This document shows positions 48,405 to 57,693 of a stretch of DNA of 64,000 bases, in pieces (position 1 is the first letter of the stretch; each line of letters opens with the position of its first letter). Both the position numbers and the translations under genes were made by a program. Where the stretch lies: the sequence record KT919973.1. The stretch is one strand, 5' to 3'. The notes beneath the pieces were generated by a model that saw only the letters and a list, made by a program, of their open reading frames with translations, made no database searches and had not been told where the DNA came from.

Positions 48405-48850
48405 AATTTAGCGAATATCAAAACGAGCTAACAGAAGCATTTGATCGACCAGCACAGATCACAGCACGACGTGGCAATAAGAGCTTTTTTAACGTCGGTG
48501 ACAAACGTTACATCGTCGAACTCGCATATGAAGAATACGATAAATCTATAAATGTTGAGTTTATGTATATGTCCCCAGAATCACCAACATGGAGCTATAA
48601 TCTCGCGAAAGGCGATGCTAGAGACGCGATTACAGTTTTTGCAACTGTTATATCTGAAATTGAAGAATTAATGCGTAGCAAAGATGTAAATTATATACAT
48701 TTCAACGCATTTAGCGATTCGAACGCGGATGATTATCGTAAGAGACTTAGTGTATACAAACGTATTGCAAAACGATTTGCTGATGAACTTGGGTTTAAGG
48801 TTGTGTATGACATGGGTTCTATTTCACTTGAAAGATTGGATAAAAGGTAG
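48401..48850 (+). CDS. putative internal head protein paralog 1
   Basis: MKFSEYQNELTE-AFDRP; shared family domain only. Confidence 0.7.
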   Translation: MKFSEYQNELTEAFDRPAQITARRGNKSFFNVGDKRYIVELAYEEYDKSINVEFMYMSPESPTWSYNLAKGDARDAITVFATVISEIEELMRSKDVNYIHFNAFSDSNADDYRKRLSVYKRIAKRFADELGFKVVYDMGSISLERLDKR

Positions 48851-48858
48851 AGTTTAAA

Positions 48859-49779
48859 ATGAAATTTAGCGAATATCAAAGACTCAACGAGTCGTTAGAT
48901 CGACCAGCGAAATATAAACTCGTCCGAGAGTTACCAAATTTAAACGTGTATGCGTTTCAAGTTGATGGTGTTTATTATGAAATAGACATACAGAAAGGCA
49001 TTATACGTGAACCGAACGGGATGAAGTCGATTAAGGCTGAGGTGTCGTTCAAAGCTCTTGATGGTAGCGGTTATAATCTAACTAAGAAAGATGATAAAAC
49101 AGCACGAGTCGTATTATCAACGGTTGTCGATGCGATTTTCAGTTTTGTTAGAGACAATTCACCTGCTCAAATAACATATAGCGCGTTCAATGACGCTGAT
49201 CAGCGTGATGCAGATAAACGTCTCAGACTGTATAAGATCATGACAAAGGCGAAACTTAGAGAATTCCCTCAGTATGATTACAGAAACGTAGGTCGTGAAT
49301 TTATTGTGTATGATGTGGGTTATCAACAACGTGTAGATGACTTTTCACGTCGAGCACGTCGTCCAGTCGGGTTTGAAGAACATAGCGACCATGTTGAAGT
49401 TAATTTATCTCACGCCAATGCATATGCATTTGTAAGAGCGTTTGAAGTTGAAGATGGTTCGATGATTAGTGGTGTTCTAGGGCAAGGTCGTGCAGTTGTA
49501 AAAGCGGCTGACGAAATTGCAGCTAGGTTACGTGTAAATCGCGTTGTGTATGAAATGTCGGACAGGGAAGGTTGGTTAGCAGCACTACAGCACCCAATTT
49601 TCGACTATGGCGAGGGTCCCGAAGAAGATAGAACATATCTGGTTGGTGCATTCAAGAACTTCTATATCGTCTTGACTAGTCAAACAAGTCTAAAAATATA
49701 CACCGACGATGCGGCGTTTACCAAATACGTGAATGCATTCGACGCGCCGTGGTTAAACCCAGAAATAATGGAATCTTAA
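48859..49779 (+). CDS. putative internal head protein paralog 2
   Basis: MKFSEYQRLNE-SLDRP; family domain plus C-terminal domain. Confidence 0.7.
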   Translation: MKFSEYQRLNESLDRPAKYKLVRELPNLNVYAFQVDGVYYEIDIQKGIIREPNGMKSIKAEVSFKALDGSGYNLTKKDDKTARVVLSTVVDAIFSFVRDNSPAQITYSAFNDADQRDADKRLRLYKIMTKAKLREFPQYDYRNVGREFIVYDVGYQQRVDDFSRRARRPVGFEEHSDHVEVNLSHANAYAFVRAFEVEDGSMISGVLGQGRAVVKAADEIAARLRVNRVVYEMSDREGWLAALQHPIFDYGEGPEEDRTYLVGAFKNFYIVLTSQTSLKIYTDDAAFTKYVNAFDAPWLNPEIMES

Positions 49780-49780
49780 A

Positions 49781-50656
49781 ATGAAATTTAGCGAATATCA
49801 AAACGAACTAACAGAAGCGTTTAACCGCGCTGCACCCATAACAGCACGACGTGGTAATCAGAGTTACTTCGAAATAGACGGCGCTGAGTATATGATTGGT
49901 CTGTATTATGAAGAAGATCGCAAAGCTCTAGGCGTGGATTTTATGCATAAGCCAACGGGTGCAATGTCTTACAATTACAGCCTAGCAAAGGGTGATTCTA
50001 AAGACGCGATGACTGTTTTCGCCACGGTTATTTCTGAAATTAAGCACGTGATGCAAAACAACATCGTAAATCGAATCACATTCGCAGCATTTAATGACAC
50101 AAATCGTTCTGATTCCCGTAAGCGTACTCGATTATACAAAAGAATGGCTGAACGATTTGCCAAAGATTTAGGTTTCAAATTGAGAGTATCAAATGAATCT
50201 GAAGGTGCGTCATTCGTGATGGAACGAATCGTTCCTATTGAAGACCCAAAGCCTGTTTACACTGATAACCCGACTGGTTATGATACAGAAATGGGAACTG
50301 AATTGCTCGATTTACCTACAATTAACGACGCTGCTATTGTTAAAGTAACGGGTGGTGATGGTATTTGGTATCTTCGTGGCGGTCACTCGTTAAACATCGA
50401 AGCTGGTATTGTTGAACTTTCGGCAGGTAGCATCAATGATGATGTTGCTTGGTATAAATCATTTTACACGTTAGAGTGGTATTATGAACCTGAAGACGAG
50501 CTTTTCTACGATGATGAGCAACGTATAGCAATGATTTCTGGTAAGATCTGGGTAATCAATGGAAATGAGATCACCGTTTGGAGTGATGTTAGTTCTCTTG
50601 AAGCCCAAAGTGATTCGAAATTGAGTCAAACAACGTTAGAACGAATTGGTGCTTAA
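49781..50656 (+). CDS. putative internal head protein paralog 3
   Basis: MKFSEYQNELTE-AFNRA; family domain plus C-terminal domain. Confidence 0.7.
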   Translation: MKFSEYQNELTEAFNRAAPITARRGNQSYFEIDGAEYMIGLYYEEDRKALGVDFMHKPTGAMSYNYSLAKGDSKDAMTVFATVISEIKHVMQNNIVNRITFAAFNDTNRSDSRKRTRLYKRMAERFAKDLGFKLRVSNESEGASFVMERIVPIEDPKPVYTDNPTGYDTEMGTELLDLPTINDAAIVKVTGGDGIWYLRGGHSLNIEAGIVELSAGSINDDVAWYKSFYTLEWYYEPEDELFYDDEQRIAMISGKIWVINGNEITVWSDVSSLEAQSDSKLSQTTLERIGA

Positions 50657-50667
50657 ATTAAATACAG

Positions 50668-50693
50668 AAAGGTAGCTTCGGCTACCTTTTTTC
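50668..50693 (+). terminator. intrinsic terminator with CUUCGG loop
   Basis: AGGTAGC-TTCG-GCTACCT followed by T run. Confidence 0.85.
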
Positions 50694-50711
50694 GTTTTAG
50701 AGCAAAAAAAC

Positions 50712-50780
50712 GGTTGCATGAATTTCACGAAACGCCTATTATAGCTACATCGAAACGACATCGACTAACAAAGAGAGAGA
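50712..50780 (+). promoter_or_regulatory. early promoter and conserved leader
   Basis: TTGCAT..TATTAT-AGCTACATCGAAACGACATCGACTAACAAAGAGAG. Confidence 0.75.
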
Positions 50781-50785
50781 ACATT

Positions 50786-50980
50786 ATGAAAGCACGCATC
50801 AATCAAGGTTTTGGCAAATACACTGAAGTTGAAATCGTTTCACACGACGAAAACTCAGTAAACCGTCTTGGTAACAAAGACAACTACACTGTTAGAATCA
50901 CAGGCGGTGTTGACTGTTTCGGCAAACCTGCTAAAATCGGGGCTGTTCAGACAGTTCAAGCATCAAACATCGAATTTTAA
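50786..50980 (+). CDS. hypothetical early protein
   Basis: ATG after GAGAG RBS. Confidence 0.6.
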   Translation: MKARINQGFGKYTEVEIVSHDENSVNRLGNKDNYTVRITGGVDCFGKPAKIGAVQTVQASNIEF

Positions 50981-50992
50981 GAGGTAACAAAC

Positions 50993-51292
50993 ATGGATAT
51001 TACTGGTAAGTTAGAACTATCAATGAAGCAGTTTGTGAACACAGGGTTCAACCCGAATAAAACTCACATTCTAGTTGGTCAAGCAAGCGGTCACTCAATC
51101 GAGCGATTCAATGACGCAGGCGAAATCATGACTTCTAATGTCATGTATGTTGAAATCAATGGCGGTATTGTGTATGCTGTGACGCACTCTAAGAGTCGTT
51201 ATCAACTAACCAACGTGTCTTTTGACGAGATTACGCAAATGATTAAAGACGCTGCTGAACGCGGTATTAACATTCCGCTTTACAACAACTAG
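50993..51292 (+). CDS. hypothetical protein
   Basis: GAGGT RBS. Confidence 0.7.
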   Translation: MDITGKLELSMKQFVNTGFNPNKTHILVGQASGHSIERFNDAGEIMTSNVMYVEINGGIVYAVTHSKSRYQLTNVSFDEITQMIKDAAERGINIPLYNN

Positions 51293-51353
51293 AAATTCTG
51301 CTTTAATACAAACGAATTCACTATTTTTGATTACTTTTTGAGAGAAATATATT

Positions 51354-51671
51354 ATGACTACATTCAACGTTAACTTCACTGCTGCAATCGAACTTACTTC
51401 TAAAGAATTCGTTGAGACGAATCGCATCAAAGGTCGTTTCTTCAATTCAATGGTTGGTCATGAGCAAGGCGAGCACGCATTAACTGCGCCGATTGAATCA
51501 TTCAAAGTAATCGACAACAAAGTATACGCAGAGACGCGCAACGCAGTATATCACATTCGTAACCTATCTGCTGTTGCTCTTGCTGACTTCAACACAATCA
51601 ACGCACCAGTTTACGTAAAAAAAGCTGATGCGCAGTTTGATGAACTAGTTAAATCTGCTCTGTTATCGTAA
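51354..51671 (+). CDS. hypothetical protein
   Basis: GAGAG RBS. Confidence 0.7.
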   Translation: MTTFNVNFTAAIELTSKEFVETNRIKGRFFNSMVGHEQGEHALTAPIESFKVIDNKVYAETRNAVYHIRNLSAVALADFNTINAPVYVKKADAQFDELVKSALLS

Positions 51672-52123
51672 TGTACCCGAAGAATAAAAGCTATTATGAC
51701 TTGGTGTATCTTGACATCGCCAAGTCATTTGCTAAGAAAAGCACCTGCAAGCAGAAGCAAGTAGGTGCTGTCATCGTCAAGAATGATCGTATTATCTCAC
51801 ACGGTTACAATGGTGTTCCTGCGGGTGTGACACACTGTAACAAAATCGAAGACTATGGCGATTTATCACATCGCGAATGGTCAGAAATTCACGAGATACA
51901 TGCGGAACAAAACGCGATTTGCTACGCTGCACGCGCTGGCATATCTACTGAAGGCGCGACTATGTATGTTACAACGTCGCCGTGTCATAACTGTGCCAAG
52001 CTGATAGTCGCGGCTGGTATCAAAATTCTCATTGTAGGTTCGATTTACAGCGGTTCACAACCCGATTGGTGGCATTGGCTAGATGCTCGTGGTGTGAAAG
52101 TTATTATGTTCGAAGACGAATAA
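51671..52123 (+). CDS. cd: dCMP deaminase
   Basis: STC..QVGAV, GYNG, HAEQNAI, SPCHNC. Confidence 0.95.
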   Translation: MYPKNKSYYDLVYLDIAKSFAKKSTCKQKQVGAVIVKNDRIISHGYNGVPAGVTHCNKIEDYGDLSHREWSEIHEIHAEQNAICYAARAGISTEGATMYVTTSPCHNCAKLIVAAGIKILIVGSIYSGSQPDWWHWLDARGVKVIMFEDE

Positions 52124-52177
52124 TGTTTAATATAAGTAATTCGGACTTATAATAGAGCTTTAACAAGAGAGAAACAT

Positions 52178-53110
52178 ATGAAAAGTACAATGTTTTTAAA
52201 CAACATCACATGCATCGATCACGCATACGTTGATGAAAACGGTAAAATTAACGGTATGAGTTACAATCTATGTGTTGAAATCACCGGCGAAGTAGATGAA
52301 ACTGAGCAAGTCGTAATTGACTTCAGCGGTTGCAAGAAAGCGATCAAGCAGTTAGTAGACGAATCTGAACACGCAATTGATCACCGTCTAGTTCTTGTCA
52401 ACGGATACAGTGAATATGTGTTAAGCGATATTGAAAATCGTGACCGTACACAAATCGACTCTCCGTTATTCACTGCTGTTTCGTCTGTCAATGACTGGTA
52501 TCAAGAGATCGTCGATGTATCGCTATTCGATACTGATCTTCACATCCCGTCGGATACGCTGTACATGAACTATCTAACCGAGTATCTTGAAAATATGTTG
52601 CTGAAGCAGCTTAAACTACAAGGCTATCCGGTCACACACGTCACTGTAGAGCTTTCAGAGAGCTTTGACTTGCCATCATGGGCAAACACGCACGTTTCAT
52701 TTCATTACGCTCATGGCTTGCGTTCTAGCTCTTCTTATGGGTGTCAGAACATTGCACATGGACATCGTTCGTTCATTGCAGTTGATGCCATGTTAAACAG
52801 TCGTGGTCGCAAAGTACTGGAGCGCATTGCTGAAGAAATGAGCGGCTACATCGTATGGAACGACAATCTAACTGCGGAAGGTGCGGTAGCGTATTGTTCA
52901 CAGCGTGGTAATTTCTATTTGAACATCGATTCAGAAGAAACAATCGTAATCAACACTGAAACTACAGTTGAAAATCTCGCGAACTACATTGCAAAAACAT
53001 ACGAAGACGAGTTTCAGCGTATGGGTGTACAGCGTGTATGGGTATCTGAAGGTCTTTCGAAAGGCGCAGTCGTTGACATCAAAATCAACAAAGAATTACT
53101 CTATAAGTAA
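52178..53110 (+). CDS. queD: QueD/PTPS-like CPH4 synthase, tandem T-fold
   Basis: CIDHA..IDHR and HYAHGL..CQNIAHGHRSF, TTVENL; adjacent to folE. Confidence 0.75.
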   Translation: MKSTMFLNNITCIDHAYVDENGKINGMSYNLCVEITGEVDETEQVVIDFSGCKKAIKQLVDESEHAIDHRLVLVNGYSEYVLSDIENRDRTQIDSPLFTAVSSVNDWYQEIVDVSLFDTDLHIPSDTLYMNYLTEYLENMLLKQLKLQGYPVTHVTVELSESFDLPSWANTHVSFHYAHGLRSSSSYGCQNIAHGHRSFIAVDAMLNSRGRKVLERIAEEMSGYIVWNDNLTAEGAVAYCSQRGNFYLNIDSEETIVINTETTVENLANYIAKTYEDEFQRMGVQRVWVSEGLSKGAVVDIKINKELLYK

Positions 53111-53126
53111 TCAACAATTAATGTTT

Positions 53127-53149
53127 AGTAGCACGCTTCGGCGTGCTAT
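53127..53149 (+). terminator. UUCG hairpin
   Basis: TAGCACGC-TTCG-GCGTGCTA. Confidence 0.6.
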
Positions 53150-53177
53150 TATTGTTTTCTGACTAAGAGGAAATAGA

Positions 53178-53852
53178 ATGTTAGACAAAAATAAAGTAGA
53201 TCCAATTCTTGGACAAAAAGTTGAAGCGCATCTTCGTGAAATCGGAATGCACACGCCGACTGTTGAAAACGGTCTAACTGATGATGAAAAGAAAGTAATT
53301 CTTGAAGATCGATTCACTGACATCATGCAAGCTCTAGGTCTTGACCTTACTGACGATTCGCTTGTTGATACACCGAAGCGTTGGGCTAAGATGATGGTCA
53401 ATGAACTCATGAGCGGTCTATCACCAGATATGTTCCCTAAATGTACTGCTGTAGACAACAAAATGAACTACGATCAGATGGTTTGTGAAAAAGGCATTAC
53501 TGTTCTTTCACAATGTGAGCATCACATCGTAACAATCGACGGCTTTGCAACAGTCGCATATATCCCAAATAAGAAAGTACTTGGTCTTTCTAAGATGAAT
53601 CGCATCGTCGAGTACTTTGCTCGACGCCCACAGATTCAAGAGCGTTTGACTGTTCAAATCGCTGAAGCACTGAAGTTCATTCTTGAAACTGAAGACGTGG
53701 CGGTGATGTTAGACTGCAAACATTATTGTGTCAAAGCGCGTGGTGTTGAAGACAACAACTCAAGTACTGTTACAAGTCATCTATCAGGTGCGTTTAGAAA
53801 TGAGCCTGAAGCACGAGCAGAATTTATGTCTCTTGCTCGTTCACAGGCGTAA
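53178..53852 (+). CDS. folE: GTP cyclohydrolase I
   Basis: DTPKRWAKM, SQCEHH, GLSKMNRIV..ARRPQIQERLT, HYCV..RGV. Confidence 0.97.
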   Translation: MLDKNKVDPILGQKVEAHLREIGMHTPTVENGLTDDEKKVILEDRFTDIMQALGLDLTDDSLVDTPKRWAKMMVNELMSGLSPDMFPKCTAVDNKMNYDQMVCEKGITVLSQCEHHIVTIDGFATVAYIPNKKVLGLSKMNRIVEYFARRPQIQERLTVQIAEALKFILETEDVAVMLDCKHYCVKARGVEDNNSSTVTSHLSGAFRNEPEARAEFMSLARSQA

Positions 53853-54525
53853 CGTACCAATCTTTGAACTTAGCCGATGTGTATTTCACGCATCGGTTAT
53901 ACACAGTAACATTAGTGGTATTATTAGCTTCGGCTGCTAAACGAGACGATTCAAACACCCCGTTTGGCGTGTGAAATAGATACTTCGATTGCGGGTTTTG
54001 ACTCCCGACTTTAGACTTAGCGAGTTTTCGCTTATGTTCTTCAGTTTTTGTCGTTCCCTTCAGAACACCTTTGCTCTTCGCAACATATTCACCACGAAGA
54101 TAGCGTTCGTCGTCAACTCGAATGTATTCAGTTTCACCAGTAGCAATGCATATCGCAGCAAACTTACCTATATGATGCTTTGCAGCATCTTTTCTAGCAT
54201 CTTTTGTCATCGACTCAAATAGCCTAGAGTTCATATTGAACTCGCGTTGCTGTGAGCCGTTCGACATATTGAATGCTGTTAGTGCAAACTTCAGGCGATG
54301 TTTCAAATTTCCATTGAACATTTTAGCCAATAGCAAATGAGCTATATAATGCTCACGTGCTGTCAATCGCACTAGGTTATGTGATTCATCACTACCACCC
54401 GCACATTTAGGTAAAATGTGATGTTTTTCACTATAGCCGTCGGGTGTGTTTTGAATTCGATTCTCGATTAGAGAAATGTACCATTTCGTGTATTTGTTTA
54501 GTATAAGATTGTCGTGTGTTAACAT
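53824..54525 (-). mobile_element. free-standing HNH (Mob-like) homing endonuclease
   Basis: EKHHILPKCAGG..NLVRLTAREHYIAHLLL; TATAAATA on the minus strand at 54559-54566. Confidence 0.88.
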
Positions 54526-54587
54526 TGTACTCTCTTTAAATAAGCATTACTGTGTTAATATTTATAATTTTTAAGACGAGGTTCACA

Positions 54588-55964
54588 TTGATAATTGAAT
54601 ACGTTATGTCTGCGACGGGTCATGCTCGTCTTGGTGCAGCACATAAACTAATGGACGTGGTTGACACGTCCTATTTGCGTAAAATACTAGACGCAGCACA
54701 AGATCTCGACGGTGTTCATAAAATCAGTATGTTGTATAACGCATACACTGAAAAGAAAGTCGGTAAGCAAATTAAAGACTTGTTCGGTGATTCTGTATAC
54801 AAGATTCATGTCGATTCTGGCGGTCTTCAGATTGTTAACTTAGGTCTAGAGAATACACCAGAACTTCGTAAAGCAGTTTACGAGAATCAAGCAGAGTCTG
54901 GTGATATTGGCATGTGTTTCGATGAAATCCCGTTGCACAATGAAGCACAAGGTGGTGGTTCTGCTCGTATCAACACGAAAGACAAGGTCTTCATGTATGA
55001 TCTAGCGTACAAATACGGTGTTAAAACAGGTAAGAACATACGCGCTCAGATTGAAACATATCTTGAGAAAGAAAGCGATTGTAAACCGTACATAATCTTA
55101 CAAGGCAACTCAGACGATGACTTTAAGGCATTTAGTGATGGTATAATGTCACAACTTGAAGGCGTTGAGCATCACATTGCTGGGTGTGCTGCTGCCGATA
55201 CATGTATTGGTAATGGCGTGCGTGAGTCTATTGACATGATGAGTGTCATTCCGAAGCTCAATATCCCAGATAAAGCAAAGAAATCTGTGCATATGCTAGG
55301 TGTCGGTTCTGTTAAGCGATTGTTGCCTGCTGTAGCTCTTATCAGAAGCGGTTATTTCGGTGATGATTTTCACATTAGCTACGACTCATCAACTCACACT
55401 GGTTGTTTAACCAATCGTGAATACACAGATAAGCTCGGTCGTCGTCGTAAGATCTCAGGTCACGGTATCTTTAAAGATGGTAAGAAATTACCGTCGCGTG
55501 AACTAGATGAAATGCTAGATGAAGTGTGGGGTCGTTTCGGTCATGTGTTACCTCGGGGTAAAGAAGAGTTCAAAGAGTTCGCAACACGATTGTGGTTGAA
55601 AGAACTCGACAAAGAAACGATGACAGACGAAGATATTGTGTTTGAAGTTGCTTGTAATATGTGTATAATCTTATCACAAGTCAATAATTTCCAAGCAATC
55701 ATCTCCGAAACTCTTGACTTGAATACACCGAAAGCAGTTGACTTATCATCATTCTTCGGCGGGGTTGTAGAAGAAAAAGAACCACAAGAAGGGTTTAAGA
55801 AATGGTCTTCGATTCGTCGTCTAGACGTTTTAGATAAACTACTTGATGTGAAAGACGTTGCTGCATATCAGCGATGGCACGCAAGTCATATTGACAAGCT
55901 ACCATCTATGCGTATTCGTCGCGGTACAACTGCTGAATTCCCAGCTTTCAAAGAACAAGAATAA
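54588..55964 (+). CDS. dpdA: DpdA/TGT-like 7-deazaguanine-in-DNA transglycosylase
   Basis: HVDSGGLQ, CFDEIP, ILQG, HMLGVG, SYDSSTH; TTG start after GAGGT; located in the que cluster. Confidence 0.8.
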   Translation: MIIEYVMSATGHARLGAAHKLMDVVDTSYLRKILDAAQDLDGVHKISMLYNAYTEKKVGKQIKDLFGDSVYKIHVDSGGLQIVNLGLENTPELRKAVYENQAESGDIGMCFDEIPLHNEAQGGGSARINTKDKVFMYDLAYKYGVKTGKNIRAQIETYLEKESDCKPYIILQGNSDDDFKAFSDGIMSQLEGVEHHIAGCAAADTCIGNGVRESIDMMSVIPKLNIPDKAKKSVHMLGVGSVKRLLPAVALIRSGYFGDDFHISYDSSTHTGCLTNREYTDKLGRRRKISGHGIFKDGKKLPSRELDEMLDEVWGRFGHVLPRGKEEFKEFATRLWLKELDKETMTDEDIVFEVACNMCIILSQVNNFQAIISETLDLNTPKAVDLSSFFGGVVEEKEPQEGFKKWSSIRRLDVLDKLLDVKDVAAYQRWHASHIDKLPSMRIRRGTTAEFPAFKEQE

Positions 55965-55970
55965 TAAAAT

Positions 55971-56003
55971 GGGTTGACAATTGTCAACCCATTTTTGTAT
56001 AAT
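55971..56003 (+). promoter_or_regulatory. hairpin / early promoter
   Basis: GGGTTGACAATTGTCAACCC perfect palindrome; TTGACA-N18-TATAAT. Confidence 0.8.
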
Positions 56004-56034
56004 GCATATTGGTTACATTTAAGAGAAAAATATA

Positions 56035-57693
56035 ATGAGTAAAAGCGATTACTATGTGTATCTGTTAATAGACCCTCGAACAAATAAAGTATTTTATGTA
56101 GGAAAGGGTAGGAATGAACGTGCTAAGTTTCACGAATCCGAAGTTCGTCGAGATATTTCAAGCAACCGAGTACTAAATTCAGCAAAGAAAAAAGAAATTA
56201 ACGACATCATCAAGAGTGGTTATGATGTCGTTATTAAAATAGTCAAAGACAATTTAACTGAAGATCTTGCATTCGGTATCGAATCGAATCTCATTGAATC
56301 ATTTGGTATCGAAAATCTATCAAATGCAGTACGCGGGCATCATAGAGAAAATTGCGAGCGTTTTAAACTGTCAATGTCATTCGACTCTGAATTGTCATCT
56401 ATATATACAACAACACTGTACAACGTATTCAATCGAGCATTTTCGAATGACTACAATGGTAATAAGTGTCAATCTCATTTAATTTCAAATCATAATGTAC
56501 TAAGAACAATGCTCAAAGCAGTCAACATGATTGACAATGACGGTATGTGGCGTAACACATCGCGTACAGTATTATGTGTTGAATGTATTGAAGTTGTTTA
56601 CCTTGCATATATGTTAGGTGCAGATATGAGTAAGATAACATTTGCCACATCGTCATTAAAAAAAATTGAATGGGTTTCAGAACGATTCGGTATTAGAACA
56701 CAATACAATGTATTAGGAGCAGTCATGGAAAAATTTGACGTGTGTATTATGAATCCACCATACGAACGAACACAAGGGAAACTGTTTGTTGAGAAATGCA
56801 TGGAATATGCGCATGAAGGTGTTATCATCGGGTTAGCTAACTTAGTTATGGACTATTGCAAATACACACGCGGTACGTCGCAGAAAAACCCAGCGCAAAA
56901 CTTTTCACAAACGTTATTAGATCGTTCGCGTGAAATTTACATGACGAATAACACGCTCGTAGACGGCACGACTATTTTCAGCGCAAACATGAAGAACATG
57001 ATTATAATTGCCTCATGGGATGCAAATGAGACAAATTCAACAAAAGTAATCAACTATCAAACGGGCAAGCAAACTGTTGTGAAACGAGGTGAACGAGTCT
57101 CTTTCTTATTAGATCAAAAGAACAAAGAAATAGTTGATTCCCTGCACGAAATATTCAAAGAACGTAAGCCTTTAATTGCTGACGATAATGTACAACTTTT
57201 CCAAAAAGGTCGTATCGTTGATAATGAACGTTTCAAAGGTATCAACTCGATCACGTACCCGATTCATGTTCAACTATGTTCTGCCGAAACATCACCGGCG
57301 TCTGGTGGAGATAAAACGACTCAAATCGGTGCGTTAGATAGTGTATCTGCGATGATGTTTAACAAAACATTCACTCATGATAAAATAAACAACTACAAAG
57401 ACATTCAATCACGCATTGAAGAAGAACAAAGAACAATCAAACGTGGTAGTTGCGAGAATAACCCGTTAATTGCCGCCTTCAAAACAGAAGAAGATGCTAA
57501 ACGAATGTTCGATTGGTTTAAAAACCCATTGATATGTCTATACGCTCTTCATACTGATTATATGCAACACGGGTATGGTATCAATACAGTCCCTATGCCA
57601 TTCTGTACAATCGAAGAATTGATTGATATGGCGGGGTTGACACAAGAACACATAGAATACGCACAAAAAGCATATGAGGGTTATGCGGAATGA
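56035..57693 (+). CDS. GIY-YIG nuclease fused to NPPY amino-methyltransferase and type IIG-like specificity region
   Basis: YVYLLIDPRTNKVFYVGKG..R..E..LSN; FDVCIMNPPY; C-terminal F.TEE.A..VP..GLT.E.IE. Confidence 0.7.
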   Translation: MSKSDYYVYLLIDPRTNKVFYVGKGRNERAKFHESEVRRDISSNRVLNSAKKKEINDIIKSGYDVVIKIVKDNLTEDLAFGIESNLIESFGIENLSNAVRGHHRENCERFKLSMSFDSELSSIYTTTLYNVFNRAFSNDYNGNKCQSHLISNHNVLRTMLKAVNMIDNDGMWRNTSRTVLCVECIEVVYLAYMLGADMSKITFATSSLKKIEWVSERFGIRTQYNVLGAVMEKFDVCIMNPPYERTQGKLFVEKCMEYAHEGVIIGLANLVMDYCKYTRGTSQKNPAQNFSQTLLDRSREIYMTNNTLVDGTTIFSANMKNMIIIASWDANETNSTKVINYQTGKQTVVKRGERVSFLLDQKNKEIVDSLHEIFKERKPLIADDNVQLFQKGRIVDNERFKGINSITYPIHVQLCSAETSPASGGDKTTQIGALDSVSAMMFNKTFTHDKINNYKDIQSRIEEEQRTIKRGSCENNPLIAAFKTEEDAKRMFDWFKNPLICLYALHTDYMQHGYGINTVPMPFCTIEELIDMAGLTQEHIEYAQKAYEGYAE

